From: Psilocybe cubensis
Taxonomy: Eukaryota
Direction: 5' to 3'
Length of the DNA stretch: 64,000 nucleotides
Assembly (NCBI GenBank): GCA_017499595.2
Contig: CM039005.1
Span: 1 to 64,000 of the forward strand
A program made the position numbers and the translations under genes. Under the pieces are notes generated by a model, which was not told where the DNA came from, searched no databases, and was given only the letters and a program-made list of their open reading frames with translations. This document shows, in pieces, positions 47,254 to 60,471 of this stretch. How positions within the stretch are numbered: position 1 is the first letter of the stretch; every line of letters starts with the position of its first letter.

Positions 47254-50200
47254 GAAAGAGGTAAGGATATGGGTGTCTGGAAATCAGATACAATTGCTCA
47301 TTCCGTATTATAGGTCTAGAAGCTACCTCTTAGCATGTTCCTTCCATGAAGGGGCAGTGGCGGGTGTGAATTACAACCTGCCTGAGGTCGCATGTCCTCA
47401 GTATCAAAAAACTAACCTCAAGGCGCGGAATTCCAGTTCCGTGGAAAAAATATACGTCGTTTTAGTCGCCACATGTTATCCGGTCATCAGTTGGCACCCT
47501 AATACTTCTGATTGGATGCTGCGCTCGATGGAGGAATGACTGAGCATGTTAAAGCTATGATGTGTAGAGTGAAATGAAAGGTATGAGGTCCATGTCACCG
47601 GTACCATGAGTAGAGGCTACTATTTGAAAGCGATCCTCAGTACAAATTCACTGCTCATAGCACGTGTTGAGGGTGGCAACAAGAGAAGCAAAAGGCGGGC
47701 AAAGACATACACATGCAATCGCGATATGCGCCTCAGCCATGTGTACAAAAACGACCTGTGTTTGTCAATTAATCCCGCTCTACATCTTATCACCAGTCGT
47801 CATGAGTGCATGCACCCGTCGACTTTGATACCTTATCTTTAACACATGGCGGAAGCAAATCAGCACTGAGAAACCCATATTCGTGTTTTTCAAGCACTGA
47901 ATGAATGAGTTGATAGTCTTCGACGGCAGCGGAGGCATGGGATAGGAGGATGAAGCGGTGTAAATGTGACAAGGTCCAAGAAATGAGGGTACTTTGTATA
48001 TGCACCACGCGACGCTGGTGGGTGATGTGTTGGACAGAAATAAATTACAGACGAGCACATAGGGAAAGGTAGCATACACCTGACATTTCACTACACTGGC
48101 GCGTCACAAATAAAAAGAAATCGTAACACTACATACAGTATACCAGAGTCGTTATTACTAACCTGGTCTAGCTACCGCGGTGTTGATTTTTTGCGTGCGC
48201 CGGCGCAGTGGGAAGTCGATAGTGCGAGCCACAAAGAGGAAGGGAAGAGGTTGGTGGTGGTTTCTGTGGTTCCGGTCGAGAAACAAAACTATGATGGGAT
48301 GCTCCCCGACCTCTAGACGGCGCATATATGCACCTATACATCCAAGGGCAGTGCACAAATGCTTACGTTCACAGGTCTGAGGACGGTGTCTTGGTGTAGG
48401 TGGTGTCGTGGTTGTTCCATTCAAGAAGTTCGATGTGCGTGTAGGCGTGTAGGAGGGTTGTACAGTGGTTTTGCAGGTGTGTGTTTTGACTCTAATTCGC
48501 GTGCATACAAGATGCCATCTCCTGCAGTGTGGTGTGATGGTTATCTGAATTGAGCAGCTAAGCGCTACGGTAGGGAGAAGAGATGTCCTTCAATTCTACG
48601 CTTTTCTGCTCAGTTCTGAACCGCTTGCCTCTCGACGTTCCAAACTGGTGACTAAATACTCAATGCCGGATTACCCGCATCGCTTTCCAGACTGACTTCA
48701 TGGAGTGAATGAACACACTGGATGCGTTCTTTGTACAGTTCCAACTTTTGAATTAATGTTGGATTCTCTCTGTCGTCCCTATCTTGCTGTCTGGCAAGTT
48801 CTTTTTAGTGTTCTGTTTCCATCAGCACTCGGGACTGGACGTGGACCCTGTATACATAGTGGACGCCGTGGTCGTCTCTATGGCTATATTTGAGTCTGAG
48901 TCTCTGGCTGGCTGGAAAATGAGTCTCTCGTGCCTCTGAGTTTGTATCTGGGTGTTGATTCACAACACAGAGCGTGTGATTGGCTGTGTGTCTGTGTTTT
49001 TTTATTGACTGGTTTACCACGACCCCTCTTGTGGCCTATGCCAGTGCCATACAAGCTCCGTGGGTCGTTTAAATTCTAACAATTGACATGTATTGTATTG
49101 CTGCCGCTCTTCATCTGTGCTGCGCCCGGAAGTGTACCATCCTCACATTGCATTGTAATGCACTTGCTTCACACAAGGCAACAATTGCTCTGGAATCTGA
49201 CTCTCGACGGCTGCCTGTATGCTCAGCTCTGTGCCTCAAGCACTGTTCACCGACACATTCCCGTCATCCGTGTAGTACACAAATGCGAATGCCGCCTCTG
49301 GTACATATGAATTGTTGCGTGGGTTTCTGCCACACCCGCCACGTCTTAGACAGCCCAATTCGATCCAAACCCACACGCGTCAACATCGAGGGCAACATCT
49401 GCGCACGCATAGAGCATGTTGGCGTCAAGTTTATGGACATACCTGTCCTCGTGCTCGTGCTCGTGCCCGTGTTTGTGTTAACATTGTACTAGGGGATTTG
49501 GTCGTTAGTCACGTGACCATGTAGATAGACTCCCGCACATTGTGTAGCGCAGACTCAACAAGCTTCCACCACCATCCCTCCTGTAAAAACCAATATTGAA
49601 ATTAAATGAAAGAGGAGATGGAAAATAGGACACACCCGCGACAACAATGGAGGGGAGGCGACTCCAGATCAGATAGGGGCTTGGATAGAGCAGGAATCCG
49701 CCTGGGGAGCATTTCAGCATTCAAGTGTGGGGAGATGACAATTACAATGAGGTAGAGTGGGAGTGGGAAGTGTTGGAAGAGGCAGTGTGGAAAAGGAACA
49801 GGAGAGACAGGATGGGGTCTTACCCTCCAACATAGACATATCCTCTCCTGGACTGCATAGCGTGCCGATGTTCATGCGCAAGCCCATGGAAAGTATACGA
49901 ATGATAATTTAAAGGGAGGGGAGCATGGTGGTACATGTCAAGAATGGAAGGAATGGCAGATTGCAAGTGTGTAGGGGAGCGGGGTTTATAAATGAGCCTC
50001 GGACTCGGATTCAGTATACAATAGAATCTATTGTAGTATAGCACATGAGCAACAAAAGCGTGTTTGGCTGTTAGATGGCAAGGAATTTTCATTGGTTTCT
50101 GTTAAGAAGCCAGAAGAGAATGTGGTTGGAGGTGCTTCAATTACTACCCTACAGCACAAAAGTACATATAGGCCTGATTTAATCTAATTACCCAAGGTAT

Positions 50201-51375
50201 ACCCTTTTGACTCTATGGTCTAGAAAACAGTGGTGAAGTGATAGCAATATCCTGCCGAGCGTGTCAGGCAAAGCGGAGTTTGAATGTCCTTGACAACAGC
50301 AAGGACAAACAATGCGACTGTTGTCGTCTTCCACCACCATCCACGACCGTGACCCGTCTCTTCCCCCAGCCACTCACGACAATATGAACATTGCAATACG
50401 CGACTACGGGATGGGTCAAAGGATAACAGGGTCTAAGCACAGAGGAGGGAGGAGGAGCATCTAGGTGAGTGGTAATGTTTGTTTGTTTGTTTGTTTTTTT
50501 ATTTTTTTTATTTTTATTTTTTTTCTTTTTTTGCTTTGGCGCCTTGAACCGACACTGCGGAAATACTGGAAGCCTCCACCTCCACCTCTAACACCCTCGT
50601 ATCCCCACTGCACTGGAATATACTCTGCATCGACGCCAGTGCAGCAACACCGTGTCCATATGACAGTTGGTGTGCTTCCTGCGTCGTAACGGATGATGAA
50701 GTTTGTGCCCTCCAGTGCAGTGGAAATGATTGGTTTTTGTATCTTGTATTCTCTATGGTATTCCCTGTCCGAATATTCACGTGTTGTACGCTGCGCCATT
50801 TGTACGATGTCACGTTCAACATAGACGCTACGCACCTCTCATCCGGTTTTGTCCGTTTGCTGCAATCTATGGATATCGCAGTGTTGGTGAGTCAGGTTGT
50901 CTATAAACTTCACACCTGTAGGGTCTCTTTTTTCTTCCACTCACCCACATAATCCCGACCTCCCACCCTGCAGGCCACCCTTGCTTTCTTGACTACCATA
51001 CCGTTGACGCCAAATTGGATGCACTACGACCCCACACCTCTCCCATTTGTAACCCAACCAACCCCTTGGTCCTCTCTAGCATGACGTATCCCGCGCAGGG
51101 CGTGGTCCTCCATGGGTTCTATGGCACCGGCAAGGGGGTAGAACACTGGAACGAGGTGGCTCCCCGGCCTCATGACAAGCGCATATGTGCACCTTGACGT
51201 CCAAGGGCAGTGCACAAATACTTACGTTTACAGGTCTGTGCGCGGTATTTTGGGGTAGATGGGGACTGTGCGCGGTATTTTGGGGTAGATGGGGATGTGG
51301 TTGTGCCTTTGGAGAAGCTCGGTGTGCGTGCAGGAGGTTTCACAGTGGTTTTGCAAATGAGTTTTCGACTCTTAT

Positions 51376-54300
51376 TAAGGCTCCAACCGTTTGAACCGTT
51401 TATAGTTTGTAAACGGTATATACCGTTTACCGTTTTGTTTAGTTTGTAGACTCCGTTAAACAGTTTGCAAATGTTTACAAACGGTTCAAACGGTTAGTTT
51501 CAGTGCTGATAAAAATTGCCTTTTTGGGGACATATAATTATCCAATGAGCAACCGACTTACTACATACCATCCAATTGCCAATAGATGAGTACAACGGTA
51601 TCTATGTGCCAGGGCCTGTGATATGCAAAGATGCTGGGCATTGAAATCATCCGATTTTGAGTGGTCTTTTCTTGCGCCAACACTATCTCAATGGCTCTCT
51701 CAATGACAAGCGGAGAAGTACAGAAACTCATTAAATCTCTAACACTCCTATCTGAATCACTTCCCAATTCTGTACCACTTGCCACCACACAAGACAAAAT
51801 TTATACAACAATCACCAACATTGCTACCAAAGAGGGCGACATTTTTGAGACTTTTAATCGCATCACAGACATCTTGTTCAAGAAAGATGCTGACTGTCGA
51901 GATGCAAATGGTCGCTTACATTACATTCGCCGTGGAAAGTTTGGGATGCTGAAGTTTTGTGTGTACCTTCAACAAATAAAGTGGGAAGCACCAAACATCC
52001 CACTGGATCTCGTCAAAATCAAGCTCGACAGGATTTTTGTGGAGCTCCAAACCATTATGTACATGGTCATAATTAACACAAAAGGTTGAATACACTTCTT
52101 ACTATATGACCCACTATATAGAAAACATGATCTTCAATCTAAAACAACTCAGAAACCACCGGAAAGTCAGTTAACAACCCAGGAGCAGCCTGTTACATCC
52201 AATCAAAGCAGACGTGAAAATACAGCAGCTACACGTGGTAAATCAACAAAGTTGGTCACAAAAAAGACTCCCGCAAGAAGAAGAAAGGTGGACACCACCA
52301 CTCGGGCTCTGCTTCAAGGAGTACTGAAAGACCTGGCTGGACAAGGCAATTATTTCTTTTGCTTTGGTGTGATTTTAAATAGTGGACTAATTCATGGGCA
52401 GATGAACAAAGCTCTAATAGCGAATCAGAAAATGACCGAACATACAAACCACACAACACTTATGATCGCAGCCCATCAGAAGACTCCGTTACACCCTATT
52501 CTTTGGACAAGGATGGCCTTGAAATTGATGAACCAGCAGCTCCTCAAAAACGGCAAAGGGTTGTCTCCGATACTGAAGTAGAAAAGACTAATAATGATAC
52601 GGTAAGAAATGTCATAATGTAAAAAAAGAAGTTTGTTTAACGTTGTAGCCATTTCTAGCATCCGCCGGTCAAAAAAGCAAGAACAACCAATCCATCTGTA
52701 TTCGAATCAGCCGAGATACATGTAATCGAAGTTGACAATACTCCTGTGTCCAAGAAAGAGCCCATTAGAGTCAACAAAAAAGGGCCCGCTAACCAGAGTC
52801 GCACCCATTACAAAACCCCAATACCTGTTGTCATTAAAGGAATCCAACGGTGGGAATTTTCATGCAAACACTGCAGAAAGTAAGTCCTAGCTTGGTTTCA
52901 CAAGGCCTTTCCCACTGTTAACTTGGAATCCAGATCTGTAACAGTCCCTCGAACAGTCAATAAGGAAAAGAGCTTCGAAGATGAATACCCCCAACCACCA
53001 CTCAGTAATCTTGCGACTCACCTAAAGAAGCATCCTGATCTCGACTCAGCTGTACAGGCCCCTACAGCTACTGATTTTGCTTCCGATTTACGAGGGGTTT
53101 CAGCAGCATCAGCCAAACTTATGGAAGATTACCTCAAAGATGGCGAGCTCAATCCTGCATTTGCAAGAACTCAAAAAGGATTTTACAGTGTTTTTGCTGC
53201 ATGGATTCTAGAAGATGACTTACCATTCACCACTGGCGAGACATCAGGCATCAAGCGCCTTTTCAAGTACATGGAAACAAGATATCTTCTTCCATCTGAC
53301 ACGACGGTTCGTAATTACTTGGCCAAAATTTTTTCTGGAATGCATGACATAGTAAAAAGCGAGTTAGAGGTGAGTATTTTTCAGCTTCTTGTGTAAAGAC
53401 AGTCACTTACAAGAGTTAAAGAGCGTGAAATCAAAAATTTCTGTGTCGACCGACACATGGACAACAAAATCCATGATATTTACCTTTGCCGGAACAATTG
53501 CCAGTTGGATTTCGGAAGATTAGGAGTTTATTGAGTGGGTCATTGACTTTCATGCAATTTTGGACAAAGAGCATGAGGGAGAATATGCTGCTAAGGGAAT
53601 GGCAAAGGTTCTCTCTGACATGGGGGTTTTGGAAAAGATGAGTCGTTGTTTGTTATTTGGACACATTGCTTACTTACCTAATCTTCATCTTACCTCTTAG
53701 CAGTGTCCTGCGATAACGCCGCCACCAACGATGTTCTTCTCCAAACCCTATCTCGCCTTCTTGTGAATAAGTATGACATTCAGTTTGTGCCCGAAAATGC
53801 ACAAATTCGATGTTTAGCACATGTGGTCAATCTTGTGGTGCAGAAACTTCTAGCAACACTAGGCGAGGCCGAAGATCCCGAATCAAATGATTACTACGAA
53901 TTCATGAAGAACCTTCCAGTGCATTACAGCCCAGAAGATGACGAGGTAGTCAAAGAAATGGAGGAGGAGGTTATAGATGTTGATGATGGCATTAACAATG
54001 GATCTGAGGATGAGGATGATGGCCTTGATAACGATGAGAATGACTGTGACCTGCTGAAGGATTCCAAAAGTCCTATTAGTGCTCTGGAAAAGGTCTGTCA
54101 TGTCTTCGCTCTTTGAATGATTAATAGTTACTTAGGGATTTACCGTGACATTTTAGCTTCGAGCGGTCGTAACTAAGATTGTGGCCTCTCCACAGCGATG
54201 TGCACAATTTTGGCAAATCTGCACTAAAATCTACAAGAATCAACCTACACCAACATCGGAAACCTCATTAATTGCCAATCTGATGCCTGTTAGAGATGTC

Positions 54301-55550
54301 CGGACTCGTTGGAATTATACGCACGCAATGCTAGAGCGTGGCATTTTGCTTCAAAAGGTAAGTGTTTGATTTCAATTTTTCAATTTTGGGTATTTTACAC
54401 TTACACATGCATAGGGTATCAACTGATGGGCAAAGCAACACGGATTCAGTCACCTAAAGCCCAGCCCAGAAGAATGGGAATTTATACAAACACTGGCTTC
54501 GATTCTTGCACCGTTTACTCGTGTTACACTTCAGATGTCATACACTAATGTTCCAACGTTACCCTGGGTTCTCCCGCTATACGATTTTATGGAACGACAC
54601 CTTACCGCGCTCTCAATGAGCAAGAATCTGCCTTTGTCGGTTCAAAATGCCGTGGTTTCTGGGTTGGAAAAGTTGAGGAAGTATCATGTCAAGGCTAGTA
54701 ACTGTCACTACAATGTGATTGCAACAAATACATGAAGCCAACTCTGAGTCTTCACCATCGGGGCCTAACATACATGCCTTTTTGCAGTGTTGGATCCGTA
54801 TTTCGGAATCTCATGGTTCCAGAAAGCTGATGAATCGGGCAATCATGCTTTATCGGCAACCTTTATCCTCCAGCATGCATTTGATGGGTACAAAAAGATG
54901 TACAACACCACTCCAAAGCCAGCGCCGCTCAAATGCACGGGATCTTCGTCTTCAAACTTTCTGGACGAGATTAGCCTTTTTCAAGACGGCGATGATGTGG
55001 CAATTCCTGTCACAGCTCCTATTGACGAGATGCAGCAATTTCTCAAGGCTCGGCAGACTTTTGGGCGTGGAGAAGCACATCAGAGTCTGTTATGGTGGAA
55101 AGTAAGTAATATACTGTCATTTCTACTTTCAATTTCATTGCACGTCATTTTCTAAGCTACAACCGTTCAATCCAGACCTTTGGAAACAACTTTCCTATCC
55201 TTAGCAAACTAGCAAAGGACTTTCTTGCCATTCCTGGAACAAGTGTCTCCGTCGAACGCCTGTTTTCGAAGTCACGGCACCTCTACAGCGAGTTACGTTC
55301 CTCAATGAAAGCTTGCACAATTACCGAATGTTTGTTGTCAAAAGTTTGGATAATTGATGGCATTTTTGACCGTGTGTTGCGCACGCTGGAGTAAGTTTGG
55401 TAGTATTTAGTATTAATGTCAATAATACATCTTTTTTCTGGTCTACTCAATACCGTTTACAAACGTTTGTAAACGTTTGTAAACTGTTTATAACCGTTTC
55501 CGTTTAGTTTATGAAAAAAATTAAACGGAAACTAAACGGTTGGAGCCTTA
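51376..55550 (+). mobile_element. hAT DNA transposon, 4175 bp
   Basis: TIR TAAGGCTCCAACCGTTT, 8-bp TSD ACTCTTAT (51368-51375 and 55551-55558), subterminal (A)CCGTTT/AAACG repeats. Confidence 0.93.
51690..55394 (+). pseudogene. hAT transposase, multi-exon, with an in-frame stop near 53521
   Basis: STDTWT, CDNA, RCLAHVVNL, DVRTRWN, LDPYF, WWK and FPILSKLAKDFLAIPGTSVSVERLFS motifs. Confidence 0.85.
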
Positions 55551-56687
55551 ACTCTTATGCACGTGCATAGGCTGAGTTAACATCCCTCATTCATAATATC
55601 TTTCACTTTCTTCATCTCCTACAGTGCTGTGCAATGGTAATTTGAATTAAGCAGCCAAGCGCTGTGGGAGGGAGGAAAAACTCCTTTAATTCTGTGCTTT
55701 TCTGCTCCGTTCTGTACTGGTACGTATATTGTATCTCATTGTCTGTCTCTCGACGGCCCCTGCTATCTCCCGCTCCATCTCCCTTTACCTCACCCTCACA
55801 CTAGATAGTTTGACTATTTCAATATTCAGGATTGTGTGATGTTCAACAACTAACCAATGGATTGGTGGGTATTTCTGACCGACGAGACCCGCAAATACCC
55901 CTTCTTTGTTCTTTCAAGTGTTTGACACTCATACTATATCTCTGTTTAGCGCTCAGCGACAACAATAGTGCCATGTACTGTCAGTTTGCTACACTCTATT
56001 CTATGCCCATTGCACTGCTTTTGCAATGTGTGTATATTTCCACACTCCCCCTCTCCATCGCGTACTCATATCCACATCCCACTTCACATTCCAACCACTT
56101 TGTCGCATGGCATCGCATCTTTGAGAAGATAGATTTGCACTCAGTTGGAGTGGCCCTCATTTAGATCTAAGGTCCAACGTATAATTAGCTTCATTTCTAG
56201 TGTTACCCCACCACCGTGTCGAGTCGCATTGTGGGTGTTCCTTCGCATCGCATCACGTTAGTGCATATCGTATTCCATGGCTCTTCCTTCTTCCCATTCC
56301 GTCCCTTGAACAACATCATAGCAACCTTGTCATACCGTCGCACGTCATCCCCTTGAGTGTGCGAGTCAGTCTTAAAGTGGGGCCTTGCGTCTCATTTTTG
56401 CAAACCAAATCTTGCATGTGATGTCTCACGGTTTAAGTCTGGAAAACGACACAACACAGTAAATTCAACTTGGAAATGAGTAAGGCCCTGTTCGGTAGCA
56501 ACTCACGGCATGAGTTAGTAACTCACGATTTCCATATATAGTATGCATGTACATTTTTGGAAACTGTGACTGATGTGTGACCACGCGCGACCAAATTGAG
56601 AGCTTATTGTGAAATTTTGTGTCTTGTTTGTTACCACTCACTACTGTGAACTATTCTACACCATACTGCTTTGCTCTATAACCTCAT

Positions 56688-57746
56688 ATGCCTCCAAAGT
56701 CTACTGGAGAGCGTGCCTACTGGACTCAGGATGATGAATCCAAGCTTTTGGCATATCTCAATGACCATAAAGCAGAGGCTGGTGATGCCTTTAACTTCAA
56801 AGCGGCTACCTGGACTGCTGCTGCTGCTCATGTGAATGCTGTGGTCACTCGGGGAGCACCAAAGAATGGGAATTCTTGCAAAATCAAGTATAGGACGGTG
56901 CGTAAAGTATTATTTTTATTTATTTAATCATACATTTATTGTTTTTGATAGTTAAAGCTCACATACAAGATTGTTGATGCTATTTGCAACAACTCTGGAT
57001 GGTCCTGGGATGATGAAAAGGGGGCAGATATCACTCCTGAGAAGCGGGGAATGTGCGATGATTATGTCCTCTGCCATCCAGGTGCTGGTCCGTTTTGCAA
57101 TAGTGGCTGGGCACATCTGGCAATTTTTGATGTGTTTCTCGGAAAGAGGGCTGTGAAAGGCGCTCATGTCTATCACACCTCCCAAGGTATCTCTGCATCT
57201 GACTCCTTGGATAGGGAGAACAGTCCTCCTTGGCCGAAAACTCTCAGAGATTCGGATGATAACACTCAGATTGATCCTGCCTTGCTGTCGGATAATGAAG
57301 ACAATATTGGTGAAGTTGCAGTATGTGATATACTTTCTATTTTGTGTATATCTTTATTTATCTAAATCTAGGAACCTCCTTCAACTCCTGTTCCTACCCA
57401 GCGTAAGCGTCCAGCTACTACGCCTACTATGTCAAGTGCTAGTATCAAGAAAGCTCGGACGTCTACTGGAGCAAAGGCAATCAGTGATCTCAATGCAACA
57501 TTTGAACGCATGACTGCAGTTCTTGAAAATGCTTTTCCGAAATCCACTTTGCAACCATCTCCAGTTCATAAATCCGATGCAATCAAGTTAGCACAAACAC
57601 AAGAGAAGGATTGGTTGGACAAACGTCAAATGGCAAAGCTTTTATCTATCTTGGCAAGTGAACATTTTGCTGCAGAGAATTACCAGCTTTTAGAGGATGA
57701 AGAACTTTGTTGGGAGTGGATTTCACTTAAATTAGGTTTAGAATAA
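56688..57746 (+). CDS. Harbinger Myb/SANT-like DNA-binding protein (introns ~56898-56951 and ~57321-57371)
   Basis: WTQDDESKLL..FK..TW..AA and SGWSWDDEKG motifs; lies inside the TIRs. Confidence 0.8.
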
Positions 57747-57769
57747 AGATTTATAGTAGCAGTCAAAAT

Positions 57770-59116
57770 TTATTCTAATGCATATCCTTCACCACGTTGC
57801 CTAATAATTTCTTGATAGCTATTCCACATATTTTCCGCCATCCTATCCCTTTTTGCTTTTGCTCGTGCTCTTTGTGATGCGTCAGGAGGTGCATAGGCAA
57901 GAGTTCCAAAATTGTGCTCCTCTGGAATCATTCCCGGTGTGGAATCTCCTTGTTGGTTAACCATATCATCACGTTCTTGAGAGTCGTGTTTGAGAATAAA
58001 GTTGTGAGTAGCACACAATGCAGGAGGAATGCGTGCTTGAATATCCATACTAAATTTGGGTGGTAACTTGAGGATAGAAAAATGTTCTTTGACAGAACCA
58101 AATACTCGTTCAACCACATTCCGAGCTTGCGCATGCCGTAAATTGAAAAGTTCTTGGAAATTAGCAGGTCTATAAACTAATCAGAATATAATTTTAAAAA
58201 AACAAGAAAATAACACACCGAACAGATGCTCTACCCCACTCTGCCAAATGGTATCGTGTGCCGCGATATGGGACAAGAAGATGGTCACACATACCAAATC
58301 CAGCATCTGCCAAATAATATTTGCCTTCAGGAATTGTTAAGTCGGTTGCACGTGCATTGTGGTAGAGTGTAGCGTCGGCAGCAGACCCCTCCCATCCACT
58401 GAGAACATACTGAAATTGAAAGTCAAATGAAACGCACGCCAAAGTGTTTTGAGATAAAAATCCTTTGCGGTTACGAGATGCTTCATGCCCAGCACTAGAC
58501 GGGCAGCATGCAATATGTGTGCCATCCATAGCACCAAGAGCATCCTGAAAGAATGGATAAAACTTGGGATTGCTGGAAATATGAGGTGGTGTTGGATCAT
58601 TGACCGAGGGCAACTTGACATAGTCGGTATAAAATGGTGGAGAAGATAATGCAACCAGCACTTCTTTGAAGTATCTGAAGATTAATTAATATTTACAAAA
58701 GAAAATAGATTATATCATTTTACTCACTTGGAAATAGTTTCATTTGAGCGCTGAAATCTCTCACCAACATGACAAATTGAAAGGCCAGTAACCGATGTAT
58801 AGAGAAAGATTGCCGTTTTTTCCCGGAGAGAAACATGTCGCTCATCTTTCAAGCCAGCAAGACGGAGCTCATCAACCAGGGCCAAAAACACATGCACATG
58901 CATCCCTAGGCAGTTGCGAATCCGGTCAGAATGCCCATATACAAGTTCTTCTACCCATGCAGCACCCGATAATGCCGACGTATGATATTCTTGTTTCCAG
59001 TACCATTGACTAGCATAAAGTGAGACTGCAAGTGCTGCACTCTGCAGCATAGACACCACAGTGGTTAAAACCAGCTTCTGCTGTGGTGTAATGCCTTTAC
59101 GAGGCTGAAAAGGCAT
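57770..59116 (-). CDS. Harbinger DDE transposase (3 exons)
   Basis: ERFQRSNETISK, GAMDGTHI, SGWEGSAAD, YYLADAGF, FNLRHA and VERVFG motifs. Confidence 0.87.
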
Positions 59117-59387
59117 GGAGATAGCGAGGAGATGTGGCAGTCAGATAAGATACTGTCAGATCAGATAATGGACTCGAAGTCACGGAATTGTCACTCTGCT
59201 CATGTAATCAAGTCGCGCGATACTATATATGGAAATCGTGAGTTACTAACTCACGCCGTGAGTTGCTACCAAACAGAGCCTAAGTAAATGGGGGGCTACA
59301 TGAAACCGGAATAAATACAATTGATAATCTTGTATAATGAAGAAAAAGCGCTGTCTACAGTATGGTGTGGTAGATAAACTACATATT

Positions 59388-60471
59388 TCAGTGAGAACGA
59401 CAGACAAGTGAGCCAGAGTTTATACCTAAAGAGTGGAGTGTGTGTTTAAGATATACATAGTGGGAAATGGACTTTATTTGCGGTTTGAAAATTGGTTGGT
59501 ATAGAACCAATGCAGTGCGCTCGTCGGTGATACCAGGATGGGAGAGGAGGATATCAGCAATGGATTGTTGGTCTTTTATTCGTGCCCATTGGAGTGCTGT
59601 ATAACCATTTATATCTCGCAAATTGACACAGATTGCCGGGAGAGATAATAGACGGGAAACCACATCAATATGGCCACGATATGCTGCCAATGTAAGTGCT
59701 GTGTCGCCGTATTTATCTTGGATATTTACATCCACAGCTGAGAAATGAAGGATGGCATCCATAATAGAGCTGTAAGCTAATTCTGAAGCTTCTATGAGGG
59801 CGGTCCTTCCCTTGATATCCTGTGTGTTGACATGGATTTCCGGGACAGACAACAGACGTGCAACCACATCAATATGGCCCTTATATGCTGCCAATATAAG
59901 TGCTGTGTCACCGTCTTCATCTTGGATATTTACGTCTACATCCGGGAAACAAAGAATGGCATCCACAATAGAGCAGTAGCCACAATGTGAAGCATTTATG
60001 AGGGCAGTCCTTTCCATGCTATCCTGTGTGCTGATATGTAATCCCGGGACATACAATAGACGGGCAGCCACATCAATATGGCCATTACATACTGCCAATA
60101 AAAGTGCTGTGTCGCCGTTTTCATTCTGGATATAAGCATCCACATCCGGGAAACGAAGGATAATATCCACAATAGAGCAGTAACCATTATATGAAGCACA
60201 CATGAGGGCAGTCCATCCAATGATACCCTGTGGTGTAAACATGGATTCCCAGGACAGTCAAAAGACGGGCAGCCACATCAATATGTCCCATATATAGTGC
60301 CCATGAAAGTGCTGTGTCCCCATCTTCATTCTGGATATTTATATCCACATCTGGGAAATGAAGGATGATATCCACAATGGAGCTGTAACCAAATGCTGAA
60401 GCGCCCATGAGGGCAGTCCATTTTTTGACATTCTGTGCATTGACGCGCATGCTTGCCACAGACATGAACAA
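59388..60471 (-). pseudogene. Ankyrin-repeat protein with an apparent +1 frameshift near 60235
   Basis: Repeated GDTAL..A...GHIDV and GRTAL motifs, split over ORFs 60187-60471 and 59388-60242. Confidence 0.8.

Larger units (their letters stand above)
56484..59280. mobile_element. PIF/Harbinger transposon, 2797 bp
   Basis: ~59-bp TIRs starting GGC(C/T)CTGTT(C/T)GGTAGCAACTCACGGC, TAA TSD on both sides, two convergent genes. Confidence 0.93.
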
